Made by a program: the position numbers and the translations under genes
Notes under the pieces: model-generated
What the model was told of the DNA's origin: nothing
Database searches by the model: none
Seen by the model: only the letters and a program-made list of their open reading frames with translations
Shown here: piece after piece, positions 56,085 through 64,000 of the stretch
Position numbering within the stretch: the first letter of the stretch is position 1
Layout: each line of letters starts with the position of its first letter
Source: Minisyncoccota bacterium
GTDB lineage: Bacteria > Patescibacteriota > Minisyncoccia > Phycocordibacterales > DATDWN01
Assembly: GCA_041658985.1 (NCBI GenBank)
Contig: JBAZZC010000001.1
Coordinates: forward strand, 1,813 to 65,812
DNA length: 64,000 bases
Reading direction: 5' to 3'

Positions 56085-58097
56085 ATGAACACATACCTCG
56101 TATTTGCTCTACTAGCCTCTGTCGTTGCTATCGTCTATGGTCTTATTTTAGCAAAATCCATTCTAAAAAAGAGCCCTGGGAATGAGCGCATGCAGGAAAT
56201 TGCCAAGGCCATTCAAGAGGGCGCCCAAGCATATTTAAATAAACAATATAAAACTATAGGAATGATCGCCGTAGTGCTTTTTCTAGTCATTGGTTTTATA
56301 CCAAAACTTGGTTGGATTATGGCTCTCGGATTTTTAGTTGGAGCTATCTTCTCTGCCTTGGCTGGATATATAGGTATGAATGTGTCAGTTAGAGCAAATG
56401 TTAGGACAGCAGAAGCTGCTCGAGGAGGAATAGATGGTGCCCTTTCTTTAGCTTTTAAGGGCGGGACCGTTACGGGACTTTTGGTTGTTGGTCTTGCTCT
56501 TCTTGGTGTCACTGGTTTTTACGTAATCACAAAAGATGTTACCGCTTTGGTTGGTCTTGGTTTTGGGGCTTCTCTTATTTCGGTCTTTGCAAGATTGGGT
56601 GGTGGAATTTTTACAAAGGCAGCTGATGTAGGTGCTGACCTTGTTGGTAAACTTGAAGCTGGTATTCCAGAAGATGACCCAAGAAATCCTGGGGTTATTG
56701 CCGACAATGTTGGTGACAACGTTGGTGATTGTGCCGGTATGGCCGCTGACCTTTTTGAGACTTATGCTGTCACATCAGTGGCTACTATGCTTTTAGGCTC
56801 GCTTCTTTTTGCTGGATTCGAAAATGCAGTCATTTATCCGCTAGCTATTGGTGGAATGGCAATCTTTGCGTCAATTATAGGCACGTGGTTTGTGCGTCTC
56901 AGTAAATCAAAAAATATTATGGGGGCTTTGTACAAAGGCCTGATTGCTTCTGGAATTATTGCCGCTGTTACCTTCTATCCCATTACAAAGATGCTCATGT
57001 CTGGAAACGGTAAGTATGCAGTACTAGATTTGTTTCTTTGTTCTCTAGTTGGATTGTTGGTAACCGGAGCTTTAGTTGTCATTACAGAATATTTTACTTC
57101 AACAAAATATTCTCCAGTACAATCTATCGCCCTAGCTTCTGTTTCCGGTCACGGAACAAATGTTATCCAAGGTTTAGCTATCTCAATGAAATCTACCGCT
57201 TGGCCTTTAATTACTATTGTCCTAGGAATTCTTGCTTCTTATTATTTTGGTGGGCTTTATGGAATTGCTGTAGCCGCTATGTCCATGCTCTCAATGACAG
57301 GAATTATTGTGGCCATAGATGCATATGGTCCGATTACCGACAACGCTGGAGGAATCGCTGAAATGGCAAATCTTCCAGAAGAGGTTCGCAATGTTACAGA
57401 CCCACTTGATGCGGTTGGAAACACCACAAAAGCTGTAACAAAGGGTTACGCTATTGGTTCTGCGGGGTTAGCTGCTTTGGTTTTGTTTGCATCTTATACA
57501 GAAGAAATCGTTAAAGCGGGCAAAAGCATAACTTTTGATTTAAGTAACCCATATGTAATCGTCGGTTTGTTTTTGGGTGGACTTCTTCCCTACTACTTCG
57601 GTGCGCTTTGTATGGAAGCCGTAGGAAAAACCGCAGGCAAGGTGGTAGAAGAAATCCGAAGACAGTTTAGAGAAATAAAAGGAATCATGGAGGGCACAGC
57701 CAAACCAGATTATGCTAAAGCCGTTTCAATTATCACGGGTAGTGCTATTAAACAGATGATTGTGCCAGCCCTAATACCAGTCTTGGCTCCAATTTTAGTG
57801 ATGTTGGTTTTTGGAAAAGAAATTGGGCTTGTAGTACTCGGAGGCTTACTTGTTGGTTCTATTATTACTGGACTATTCGTAGCAATCTCAATGACCTCGG
57901 GTGGTGGAGCATGGGACAATGCCAAGAAACACATTGAGCAGGGTAATCATGGTGGTAAAGGTAGTGATGCTCACAAAGCAGCTGTGACTGGAGATACTGT
58001 CGGTGACCCATACAAAGATACAGCCGGACCAGCCATGAATCCAATGATTAAAATACTAAATATTGTAGCTCTTATTATTGTGACTCTTATGATTTAG
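56085..58097 (+). CDS. hppA: membrane-bound H+-translocating pyrophosphatase
   Basis: [18 protein letters not shown] and [21 protein letters not shown] signatures. Confidence 0.95.
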   Translation: MNTYLVFALLASVVAIVYGLILAKSILKKSPGNERMQEIAKAIQEGAQAYLNKQYKTIGMIAVVLFLVIGFIPKLGWIMALGFLVGAIFSALAGYIGMNVSVRANVRTAEAARGGIDGALSLAFKGGTVTGLLVVGLALLGVTGFYVITKDVTALVGLGFGASLISVFARLGGGIFTKAADVGADLVGKLEAGIPEDDPRNPGVIADNVGDNVGDCAGMAADLFETYAVTSVATMLLGSLLFAGFENAVIYPLAIGGMAIFASIIGTWFVRLSKSKNIMGALYKGLIASGIIAAVTFYPITKMLMSGNGKYAVLDLFLCSLVGLLVTGALVVITEYFTSTKYSPVQSIALASVSGHGTNVIQGLAISMKSTAWPLITIVLGILASYYFGGLYGIAVAAMSMLSMTGIIVAIDAYGPITDNAGGIAEMANLPEEVRNVTDPLDAVGNTTKAVTKGYAIGSAGLAALVLFASYTEEIVKAGKSITFDLSNPYVIVGLFLGGLLPYYFGALCMEAVGKTAGKVVEEIRRQFREIKGIMEGTAKPDYAKAVSIITGSAIKQMIVPALIPVLAPILVMLVFGKEIGLVVLGGLLVGSIITGLFVAISMTSGGGAWDNAKKHIEQGNHGGKGSDAHKAAVTGDTVGDPYKDTAGPAMNPMIKILNIVALIIVTLMI

Positions 58098-58252
58098 CTA
58101 GAAGTAAATTATAAAACTCTTGGCTTGATATATATTTTTTGGGGCACGGATATTTTTCTGCTGAAAAATTCCTCGTGCTCCCTCCGTCGAGCGTCGCAAG
58201 TCCCCAAAAAATATACATCTGCGCCGTAGTTTTATAATTCTCATATAACCAA

Positions 58253-58283
58253 CAAAAAACTCGGTTTGTTATCCGAGTTTTTT
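58253..58283 (+). terminator. bidirectional terminator aaaaaactcgg tttgttat ccgagtttttt
   Basis: hairpin flanked by A6 and T6. Confidence 0.65.
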
Positions 58284-58321
58284 GTTATATAATAGATTGA
58301 CTCGGATTTATCATTAACTTC

Positions 58322-58452
58322 ATCCGCACACTAAGTCTGTCATCGTTTTATTTCATAAAACAAAACTGATTAAATAAAACATCAGTAAAAAATTGAAATA
58401 AAATGCGATGATAATAAAATAAAAGGAATAATGACAGACTTAGTGTGCGGAT
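58322..58452. repeat. family-1 inverted-repeat element copy 6 (ends 10 nt before start codon; internal TTGAAA-16-TAAAAT)
   Basis: ATCCGCACACtaagtctgtcatcg...aatgacagacttagtGTGTGCGGAT. Confidence 0.8.
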
Positions 58453-58462
58453 AAACTAAAAA

Positions 58463-59146
58463 ATGAAAAAATTTATATTAAACACACTATTAATTACTCT
58501 TATTTTTGGTGCAAACATTGCTTTGGCGCAAACAGGAGCTATCTGTACCCAGGAGGCCAAACAGTGTCCTGACGGTTCGTACGTCGGAAGAACTGGACTA
58601 AACTGTGAATTTGCAAAATGTCCAAACTCTGTTTCTACTTCTACTTCAGCAACACCAAGACAAGGGTTAATGCAAAAATTAAAGAATGTGGTAGAAAATA
58701 AAAAAGAAGTCAGAGAAGAAGTAAAAAACAAGATTCAAGACAGAGTTTCTAGTACCACAGCGCAAAGAATTGAGAAGCGTTTTGAAAAAGTAGCAACAAA
58801 ATACTTAAGAACAATTGAAAGAGAAGAAGCTATTATGGCAAAAATTGTTTCTAGAATTGAAAAGATAAAAGCTAATGGAGGAAATGTGATAGAAGCAGAA
58901 AAACTTGTGGCCACAGCAAAAATCTCACTAACTCAAGCAAGAACGATTTATGAAACATTAAAAATATCTGCCAACTCTGCTGATTCAGTCGAAAAAATAA
59001 CCAAAGAAACATTAACCAACTTAAAAAATACAGCAAAAAATGTAGAAAAATACTTAAGAGAGGCTCACAAATCATTACAAAAAATAGTCGGTGTCTTAAG
59101 AGGTGTTTCAGGGTTGCGAAATGCCACTTCTACAAAAGAAGATTAA
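58463..59146 (+). CDS. secreted protein with N-terminal 4-Cys module and long helical/coiled-coil region
   Basis: signal peptide, CxxxxC...CxxxxC. Confidence 0.5.
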   Translation: MKKFILNTLLITLIFGANIALAQTGAICTQEAKQCPDGSYVGRTGLNCEFAKCPNSVSTSTSATPRQGLMQKLKNVVENKKEVREEVKNKIQDRVSSTTAQRIEKRFEKVATKYLRTIEREEAIMAKIVSRIEKIKANGGNVIEAEKLVATAKISLTQARTIYETLKISANSADSVEKITKETLTNLKNTAKNVEKYLREAHKSLQKIVGVLRGVSGLRNATSTKED

Positions 59147-59167
59147 TAATTATTATTAAACTAATTC

Positions 59168-59298
59168 ATCCGCACACTAAGTCTATCATCGTTTTATTTC
59201 ATAAAACATAAGGATAATCATAAAATATCTAGTAAAAATTCAGTTTAAACATGGAATTGCTAAAACAAGAGAAATAATGATAGACTTAGTGTGCGGAT
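59168..59298. repeat. family-1 inverted-repeat element copy 7 (about 90% identical to copy 6)
   Basis: ATCCGCACACtaagtctatcatcg...aatgatagacttagtGTGTGCGGAT. Confidence 0.8.
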
Positions 59299-59306
59299 AA
59301 AAAACC

Positions 59307-59576
59307 ATGGAAGGAGAAAATAAATCGTCAGTTGGCTCTATCATCGCAACAATTATAATTATTGCCATAATTATTTTGGGTGGACTATATTTTTGGGGAA
59401 AACGTCTAGAGGAAAACAAATCGAAAGAAGACTTAATAACAAGCTTTACTCCAGGAACAACAGAAACTAATGGAACAGAAGCAACAACCAGTGTTAGCAG
59501 TTCAGATGATTTAAATTCTATTGAAGCAGACCTCAACGCAACCGTCTTAGATGGTTTAGACGCTGATTTACAATAA
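59307..59576 (+). CDS. small membrane protein (89 aa)
   Basis: one TM helix then Thr/Ser-rich tail. Confidence 0.4.
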   Translation: MEGENKSSVGSIIATIIIIAIIILGGLYFWGKRLEENKSKEDLITSFTPGTTETNGTEATTSVSSSDDLNSIEADLNATVLDGLDADLQ

Positions 59577-59671
59577 AATTTACAAAAACGAAATCTGTAA
59601 AGACCACCTCAAGGTGGTTTTTACTTACCAAAATTGACTGGATTGCGCATATACGATAAAGTCTAAGAGCT

Positions 59672-60745
59672 ATGTCACAACAAAAACACTACACGGATAT
59701 AAAAATCAACTCGTTACCAGACAGAGAAATTGAAATTATTGGGACAATAACGGCCGAAAAAATGGCCCTCATGAGAGAGCGGGCTTTGGCTAAGATTAAA
59801 GCTGATTTAGAACTCCCGGGGTTTAGAAAAGGCAATGCTCCTGATAATATTGTTGCCCAAAAAGTTGGGGAAGGAAAATTGTTAGAAGAGGCAGCGGAAA
59901 TTGCCTTGTCAGAGGAGTATCCAAATATTTTAGAAGAAAACAAGATTGATGCCATCGGCCGACCAGAGATTTCTATAACCAAAATAGGTTTAGGAAGCTC
60001 AATGGAATTTAAAGTTAAAACCTCTCTTATGCCCGAAGTTAAACTTGGAGATTATAAAAAATTAGCCTCATCGGCTAACTCGCCGAAGAGGCGAGATGAA
60101 ATTCTCGTTTTGGACTCGGAAATTGAGGATGTAATAAAAGATATACAAAAAAACATTGCCCATCAGAAATTGCATAAATCCGCCGATGAGGCGGAACATA
60201 ACCATGCAGAAATTAAAGACAGTGATTTACCAGAAGTTAATGATGAGTTTGCCAAAATGATTGGTGGGTTCAAAGATGTGGTAGAAATGAAAGAGAAAAT
60301 TAAAGAGAACATTGCTTTGGAAAAAAGCCTGAAAGAAAAAGATAAAAGAAGAACGGTAATCCTTGAAGCAATAATGAAAAAATCTGCAATTGACTTACCA
60401 AAAATAATTGTTGATGGAGAATTAGAAAAAATGTTGGCTCAATTCAAGGATGATTTGGCCAGAGCCAGTATTACTTACGAAGATTATTTGAAACACATAA
60501 AAAAGACCGAGGAAGACTTAAAAACCGAGTGGAAAGATGTGGCTGTAAAACGTGCAAAATCACAAATCATCCTGAATAACATTGCAAAAGAGGAAGCTAT
60601 CGCTCCAAAAGAAGAAGAGGTGAAGAAAGAAATGGAACATATTCTCTCACAATACAAAGACGCGGAACGTTTCCGTGTCCGAATGTATGTTGAAACATTT
60701 CTCACCAATGAACTTGTTTTTCAGTTTCTTGAATCACAGAAATAG
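59672..60745 (+). CDS. tig: trigger factor lacking most of the PPIase domain
   Basis: N-terminal ribosome-binding motif PGFRKGNAP and C-terminal EVNDEFAK region; only 357 aa. Confidence 0.75.
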   Translation: MSQQKHYTDIKINSLPDREIEIIGTITAEKMALMRERALAKIKADLELPGFRKGNAPDNIVAQKVGEGKLLEEAAEIALSEEYPNILEENKIDAIGRPEISITKIGLGSSMEFKVKTSLMPEVKLGDYKKLASSANSPKRRDEILVLDSEIEDVIKDIQKNIAHQKLHKSADEAEHNHAEIKDSDLPEVNDEFAKMIGGFKDVVEMKEKIKENIALEKSLKEKDKRRTVILEAIMKKSAIDLPKIIVDGELEKMLAQFKDDLARASITYEDYLKHIKKTEEDLKTEWKDVAVKRAKSQIILNNIAKEEAIAPKEEEVKKEMEHILSQYKDAERFRVRMYVETFLTNELVFQFLESQK

Positions 60746-60763
60746 AAAATATAAATTGTATTT

Positions 60764-60792
60764 GACTTTTTTCATATTTATTGGTAATATCC
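60764..60792 (+). promoter_or_regulatory. consensus sigma70 promoter TTGACT-17-TAATAT
   Basis: hexamers and spacing. Confidence 0.55.
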
Positions 60793-60800
60793 TATAGGAT

Positions 60801-61259
60801 TTGGAAGAGATATTCCTTGCACTTAACCACAAGGGGGTGTCTGTGTTGTCTTGTTCTTTGCGTCCGACAACCCGATTGCGGGTAATACAATCACTCAAGC
60901 TTCTGGGTGGAATCACAAGCTCCATCTTCCCCGAAGTGGAAGCGGCTCTCCTTGGTAACCTCGATTATCAGAGAGCAATCGAGTTCATGATCCCCAACAA
61001 GACGATGGGGTGGTACAGATCAACGATGGACCTGTTGTTCTGTGAACTCCACCCGAAATACCGCGCGTCATGTCGCACGTACTATGTCAACAAGGGTCCG
61101 ATGCTGAAGGACCTCATCACGGTGGATGAGTGGGTAGAGTACAACAGTCGCCTACTCAAAGCCCTAGAGGTTGCCCACGATCTGTTCTGCGAACAGCGCC
61201 AGATGTGGTGGGGCTGGTATCGTCGGCGAGTGGAGAGAGCATTTCGGGCAACCGCCTGA
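60801..61259 (+). CDS. GC-elevated ORF of unknown function (alternatively a structured RNA; start uncertain)
   Basis: open frame with TTG/ATG candidates; terminator hairpin 61285-61320; see findings. Confidence 0.3.
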   Translation: MEEIFLALNHKGVSVLSCSLRPTTRLRVIQSLKLLGGITSSIFPEVEAALLGNLDYQRAIEFMIPNKTMGWYRSTMDLLFCELHPKYRASCRTYYVNKGPMLKDLITVDEWVEYNSRLLKALEVAHDLFCEQRQMWWGWYRRRVERAFRATA

Positions 61260-61282
61260 TAACTGCAGGGTTTCAAACGCAG

Positions 61283-61322
61283 ACCCCCACCCCCAGAGCG
61301 TCGTTGCTCTGGGGGTTTGTAA
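61283..61322 (+). terminator. hairpin cccccagagcgtcgttgctctggggg + T-tract
   Basis: 10-bp GC stem. Confidence 0.65.
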
Positions 61323-61387
61323 TTTATAAAAATAACAAACTAGCTACAGCTATAGCTGCAGTTTCGGTACGGAGAATTTGAGTGAGA

Positions 61388-62308
61388 TTATTTCTTTAAC
61401 CACAAGACTACCGCCTGAGAAAGTTCTCTTTCGTATCCATTAAATCCGTGGTCGGCTCCTTTGATTATTTTATAATCAAAGTTCGGCTGTTTTGCCTTTA
61501 GGGTTTCCACAACTTCTTCTACATCATTTAAAAGATACTGGTCTTTTTCTCCATAAATAACAAATGATGGTTTCTTAATAAATTTAAAATACCTAAATAA
61601 AGGTTTCTTTGAAAGTTTATTTTTTCCGAGTGATTCATAAAACGGAAAAGTATTATAATCTCCATCTGGATTGGCTATATCATAAAAACCCTTATAGGAG
61701 AAAACAAAAGAAGGAAGCAGTTCGGGTATAATTTCGTTGCCTTTTTTGTTTTTAATCTTAGTTTTGGATTTAGATAAGAGTTTCCAAAATTTAATCTTGC
61801 CTAAATGGGTGTAATAACTGGCCGTATCATCTCCCCCGGACAGCAAGACATACTTCTCGATTTTATTTTTCGGCTTGTAAAAATTGTATACGCAAATTTT
61901 ATTTGCCCCCGTTGACGCCCCAATAAGATAAAACTTTTTATAACCTCGAGTTTTTAGGAAAGAGACGGCTCCGTCTATATCATAAACGCATTCTTTGATT
62001 TTTTCGTGTGCCGTACCAAAATATTTGGGAGTTTCCTTGTTCTTCTTTATTACTTTTAATCTCTTAATGATGTGAGCACCACGATTATTGAAATACAAAA
62101 TTGAAATTTTTTGTTTTTTGAGAGCTAAAGCCAAAGGGTGATTTTTCTCTTCATTATAAAACACAGATGCACTTCCGTTTCCGTGGAGAAATATAACCGC
62201 TGTTTTAGAGCCTTTGGACTCATAAAAAAGTCCGGGTAGATTTAGTCCATCTTCAGTTTTAAATTCTATAAATTCGGGTTTCATGTTTCTTTTGTGTTTT
62301 TTAAGCAT
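61388..62308 (-). CDS. alpha/beta-hydrolase fold protein
   Basis: HGNGSA oxyanion region and GASTG nucleophile elbow. Confidence 0.6.
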   Translation of the reverse strand: MLKKHKRNMKPEFIEFKTEDGLNLPGLFYESKGSKTAVIFLHGNGSASVFYNEEKNHPLALALKKQKISILYFNNRGAHIIKRLKVIKKNKETPKYFGTAHEKIKECVYDIDGAVSFLKTRGYKKFYLIGASTGANKICVYNFYKPKNKIEKYVLLSGGDDTASYYTHLGKIKFWKLLSKSKTKIKNKKGNEIIPELLPSFVFSYKGFYDIANPDGDYNTFPFYESLGKNKLSKKPLFRYFKFIKKPSFVIYGEKDQYLLNDVEEVVETLKAKQPNFDYKIIKGADHGFNGYERELSQAVVLWLKK

Positions 62309-62495
62309 ACCAGTTTAGTAAATAAAAATCATTATAAAATCCGGCGAGGGTTTCCCCTCGCCGGACCGACACTACCACAGGAACAGGGGGAGCCCCCCGC
62401 AGGCACGGGTAATGCTCCTGTACATTCACCACCTCCTTTCGTCTTGAACTCCAAGTTCCCTCTGATTGTGAACCGGCATACCACCACATGGGCGA

Positions 62496-63266
62496 TTAAG
62501 ACTTCGGTATCTCACGTTCCCTCCATGGATGAATGATTGGGAGCGACTTTTTGCGCCTCAATCCGAGCAAATGGTCCGTTCTAGCATCAGCTGCCTGAAG
62601 GAAGATTGCGTTCGGATAAAGGAGCTCAAGGGCCTCCCCGATGAGAGCGTAGTCGGCAAGTCGCTTACGCGACGAGGGCTCAAGTTCTGCGCGACGGGTA
62701 TACCTGAACTTGGGAATGCTCAGGCGATACCGAATGTCGGCGTCCAAGGCCAGAGATTGCTTCGACTCCCCGGCCCACCTGAGTGCACTTTCGTACGAGA
62801 TACACCCGGCGGTGACCGCCTTCGGCTCAATGTCGGACCAGAAAAGAATATCGCCTGGAGGTGCTTTTCCTTCCTCCCTGGCAATTTCAATCTGAAGCCA
62901 CGCCTCTTCCCGAAGCTCGGATTGCGGTTGGAACCACCCCCACGTCCTGACCCATTCCAAATCCTGGACAAAGAGCGTGAGGGTGACTTCTTTTCCCAGG
63001 TTTTGGAGGCGCTCAATCAACCCCTCGGTTTTTTGCCGAACACTCCGACTGAAAAACCCGACCGAGGCCACATTGAGGTCTCGTCCATCTTCGGTTCCCG
63101 TTGCACAGGAAATACCGACAAGATGGACGGTGGGGGTATTTAGAGCTTCGCACAGCTCCGGAACCGAAACGATATTTTCAGTCTCGGTTTCCTCAAGAAG
63201 AGCAAAGGTGCTCGCCTCAACCCCTCGAAGCTTAGAGACTGCCTGTCTCGCATCCCGGTTAGCCAT
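62496..63266 (-). CDS. GC-rich orphan protein (256 aa, unknown)
   Basis: GC-rich ORF with AGGAGA SD; promoter TTGACA-18-TACTAT near 63500-63530 and about 230-nt structured leader. Confidence 0.5.
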   Translation of the reverse strand: MANRDARQAVSKLRGVEASTFALLEETETENIVSVPELCEALNTPTVHLVGISCATGTEDGRDLNVASVGFFSRSVRQKTEGLIERLQNLGKEVTLTLFVQDLEWVRTWGWFQPQSELREEAWLQIEIAREEGKAPPGDILFWSDIEPKAVTAGCISYESALRWAGESKQSLALDADIRYRLSIPKFRYTRRAELEPSSRKRLADYALIGEALELLYPNAIFLQAADARTDHLLGLRRKKSLPIIHPWREREIPKS

Positions 63267-63559
63267 CTCACTTCTCCTGTCTTTGTGATAGTGTGAAAGA
63301 ACTTCGAAGAGTTATCTCCGACCAGACACCTGTCTGGGACCTGCTTGCAATATTTTGTAAACAGGTCCAAAACGAAAACGACCCTCGAGTGAGGATCGTT
63401 TCTTTGTGTCTTTTTTGGCCTATTACACTCTACAGAATAGAAAAAATCCTCACTTTATGGGCGTTAAAGTGTGCAAACCAAGTGGATTTTTTCTGTATGT
63501 TTGAAATCATATGCTTATTCACTATAGTACCACTTGCCTCAGTTTTTTGTCAAACCGAT

Positions 63560-64000
63560 CTACAAGAGTAGCAAACTGGCCACAGCGATGGCGGCAGTTT
63601 CAGTGCGGAGAATTTGAGTGCCGAGAGAGACAATTGGCATATTGTAAGATTTGAATTGAGCGATTTCTTTGTCTGAAAACCCCCCTTCTGGACCAATAAA
63701 AGCAGCAAAAGATGCCTGGTTTGTACTATTTATGTATTGTTTGAAAGAAATTCCAGTTGGATGGAAAGCTATTTTCTCTTGAGGCAACATTCCCCCCTGA
63801 AATAAATCTTGAATTGTTGTTATTTCATGAATTTCCGGAATATCACTTCTCCCCGACTGTTCTGATGCCTCAATGGTAATTTTTTGCATTCTATCTAATT
63901 TTAATTTTCTTTTTTCAGAATGTTCACAAATTATTGGAACAATGTGATTTACTCCAAGCTCTGTCGCTTTTTGAACCAGTAACTCAAAATTATCTTTTTT
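63560..64000 (-). CDS. rsmE: 16S rRNA (uracil1498-N3)-methyltransferase RsmE, 5' part beyond window end
   Basis: C-terminal IGPEGGFS...ILRTETAAIA motif; frame stays open to base 64000 (ELLVQKATELGV...). Confidence 0.7.
   Translation of the reverse strand, partial: KKDNFELLVQKATELGVNHIVPIICEHSEKRKLKLDRMQKITIEASEQSGRSDIPEIHEITTIQDLFQGGMLPQEKIAFHPTGISFKQYINSTNQASFAAFIGPEGGFSDKEIAQFKSYNMPIVSLGTQILRTETAAIAVASLLLL

Noticed and set aside
60830-60960. SRP (4.5S) RNA: GGGGGUGUCUGUGUUG 5' end and CCGAAGUGGAAGCGGC domain-IV-like motif
   Set aside because: The GGAAGC motif lies about 100 nt from the putative 5' end rather than at the apex of a hairpin about 110 nt long. The conserved AGCAGC is AGCGGC here. 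Kept only as part of the RNA-versus-ORF question for this segment.
62440-62460. cacctcctttc resembling the 3' end of 16S rRNA
   Set aside because: No other 16S features upstream. On the minus strand it reads as an SD (AAGGAGGTG) followed by ATG, which explains the motif.

Overview
The window reads as a low-GC (~35-40%), gene-dense bacterial segment with Candidate Phyla Radiation / Patescibacteria character (ribosomal protein L30 gene absent, trigger factor lacking its PPIase domain, H+-pyrophosphatase, type IV pilus and ComEC genes). Lineage assignment is inference only.

The minus strand carries a ~28-kb ribosomal superoperon: rpsL-rpsG-[island]-fusA-[giant membrane protein]-tuf-rpsJ-[2 GC-rich genes]-rplC-rplD-rplW-rplB-[GC-rich gene]-rpsS-rplV-rpsC-rplP-rpmC-rpsQ-rplN-rplX-rplE-rpsZ-rpsH-rplF-rplR-rpsE-rplO-secY-[GC-rich gene]-adk-map-ndk.

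Other recognisable genes are an infC-rpmI-rplT operon, a membrane-anchored Clp ATPase, an RNase J-like beta-CASP nuclease, an S2P/M50 protease, rpmB, ComEC in two pieces separated by an Fe/Mn superoxide dismutase gene, RNase HI with a C-terminal hybrid-binding domain, recJ, an IS200/IS605-type HUH transposase with flanking hairpins, a HIT protein, tpiA, a type IV pilus cluster (pilB, frameshifted pilC, three pilins, a large Gly/Thr-rich protein), nusA, hppA, trigger factor and a partial rsmE.

The unusual content is:
- a class of GC-rich (~55%) orphan genes, co-oriented with and inserted into conserved operons, each with a near-consensus sigma70 promoter, Shine-Dalgarno sequence and hairpin terminator in AT-rich host-like flanks;
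- two dispersed palindromic element families (7 copies each) with compensatory changes in their stems, one having three nested helices with conserved internal loops;
- a third two-copy inverted-repeat element;
- 9-bp-period TAAAGT repeat blocks in spacers of the ribosomal operon;
- a 28-bp perfect palindrome bracketing a TrpR/YerC-like gene;
- an ImmA/IrrE-peptidase accessory island inside the str operon;
- a nusA leader with an attenuator hairpin and five tandem octamers.

No rRNA, tRNA or CRISPR array was found.
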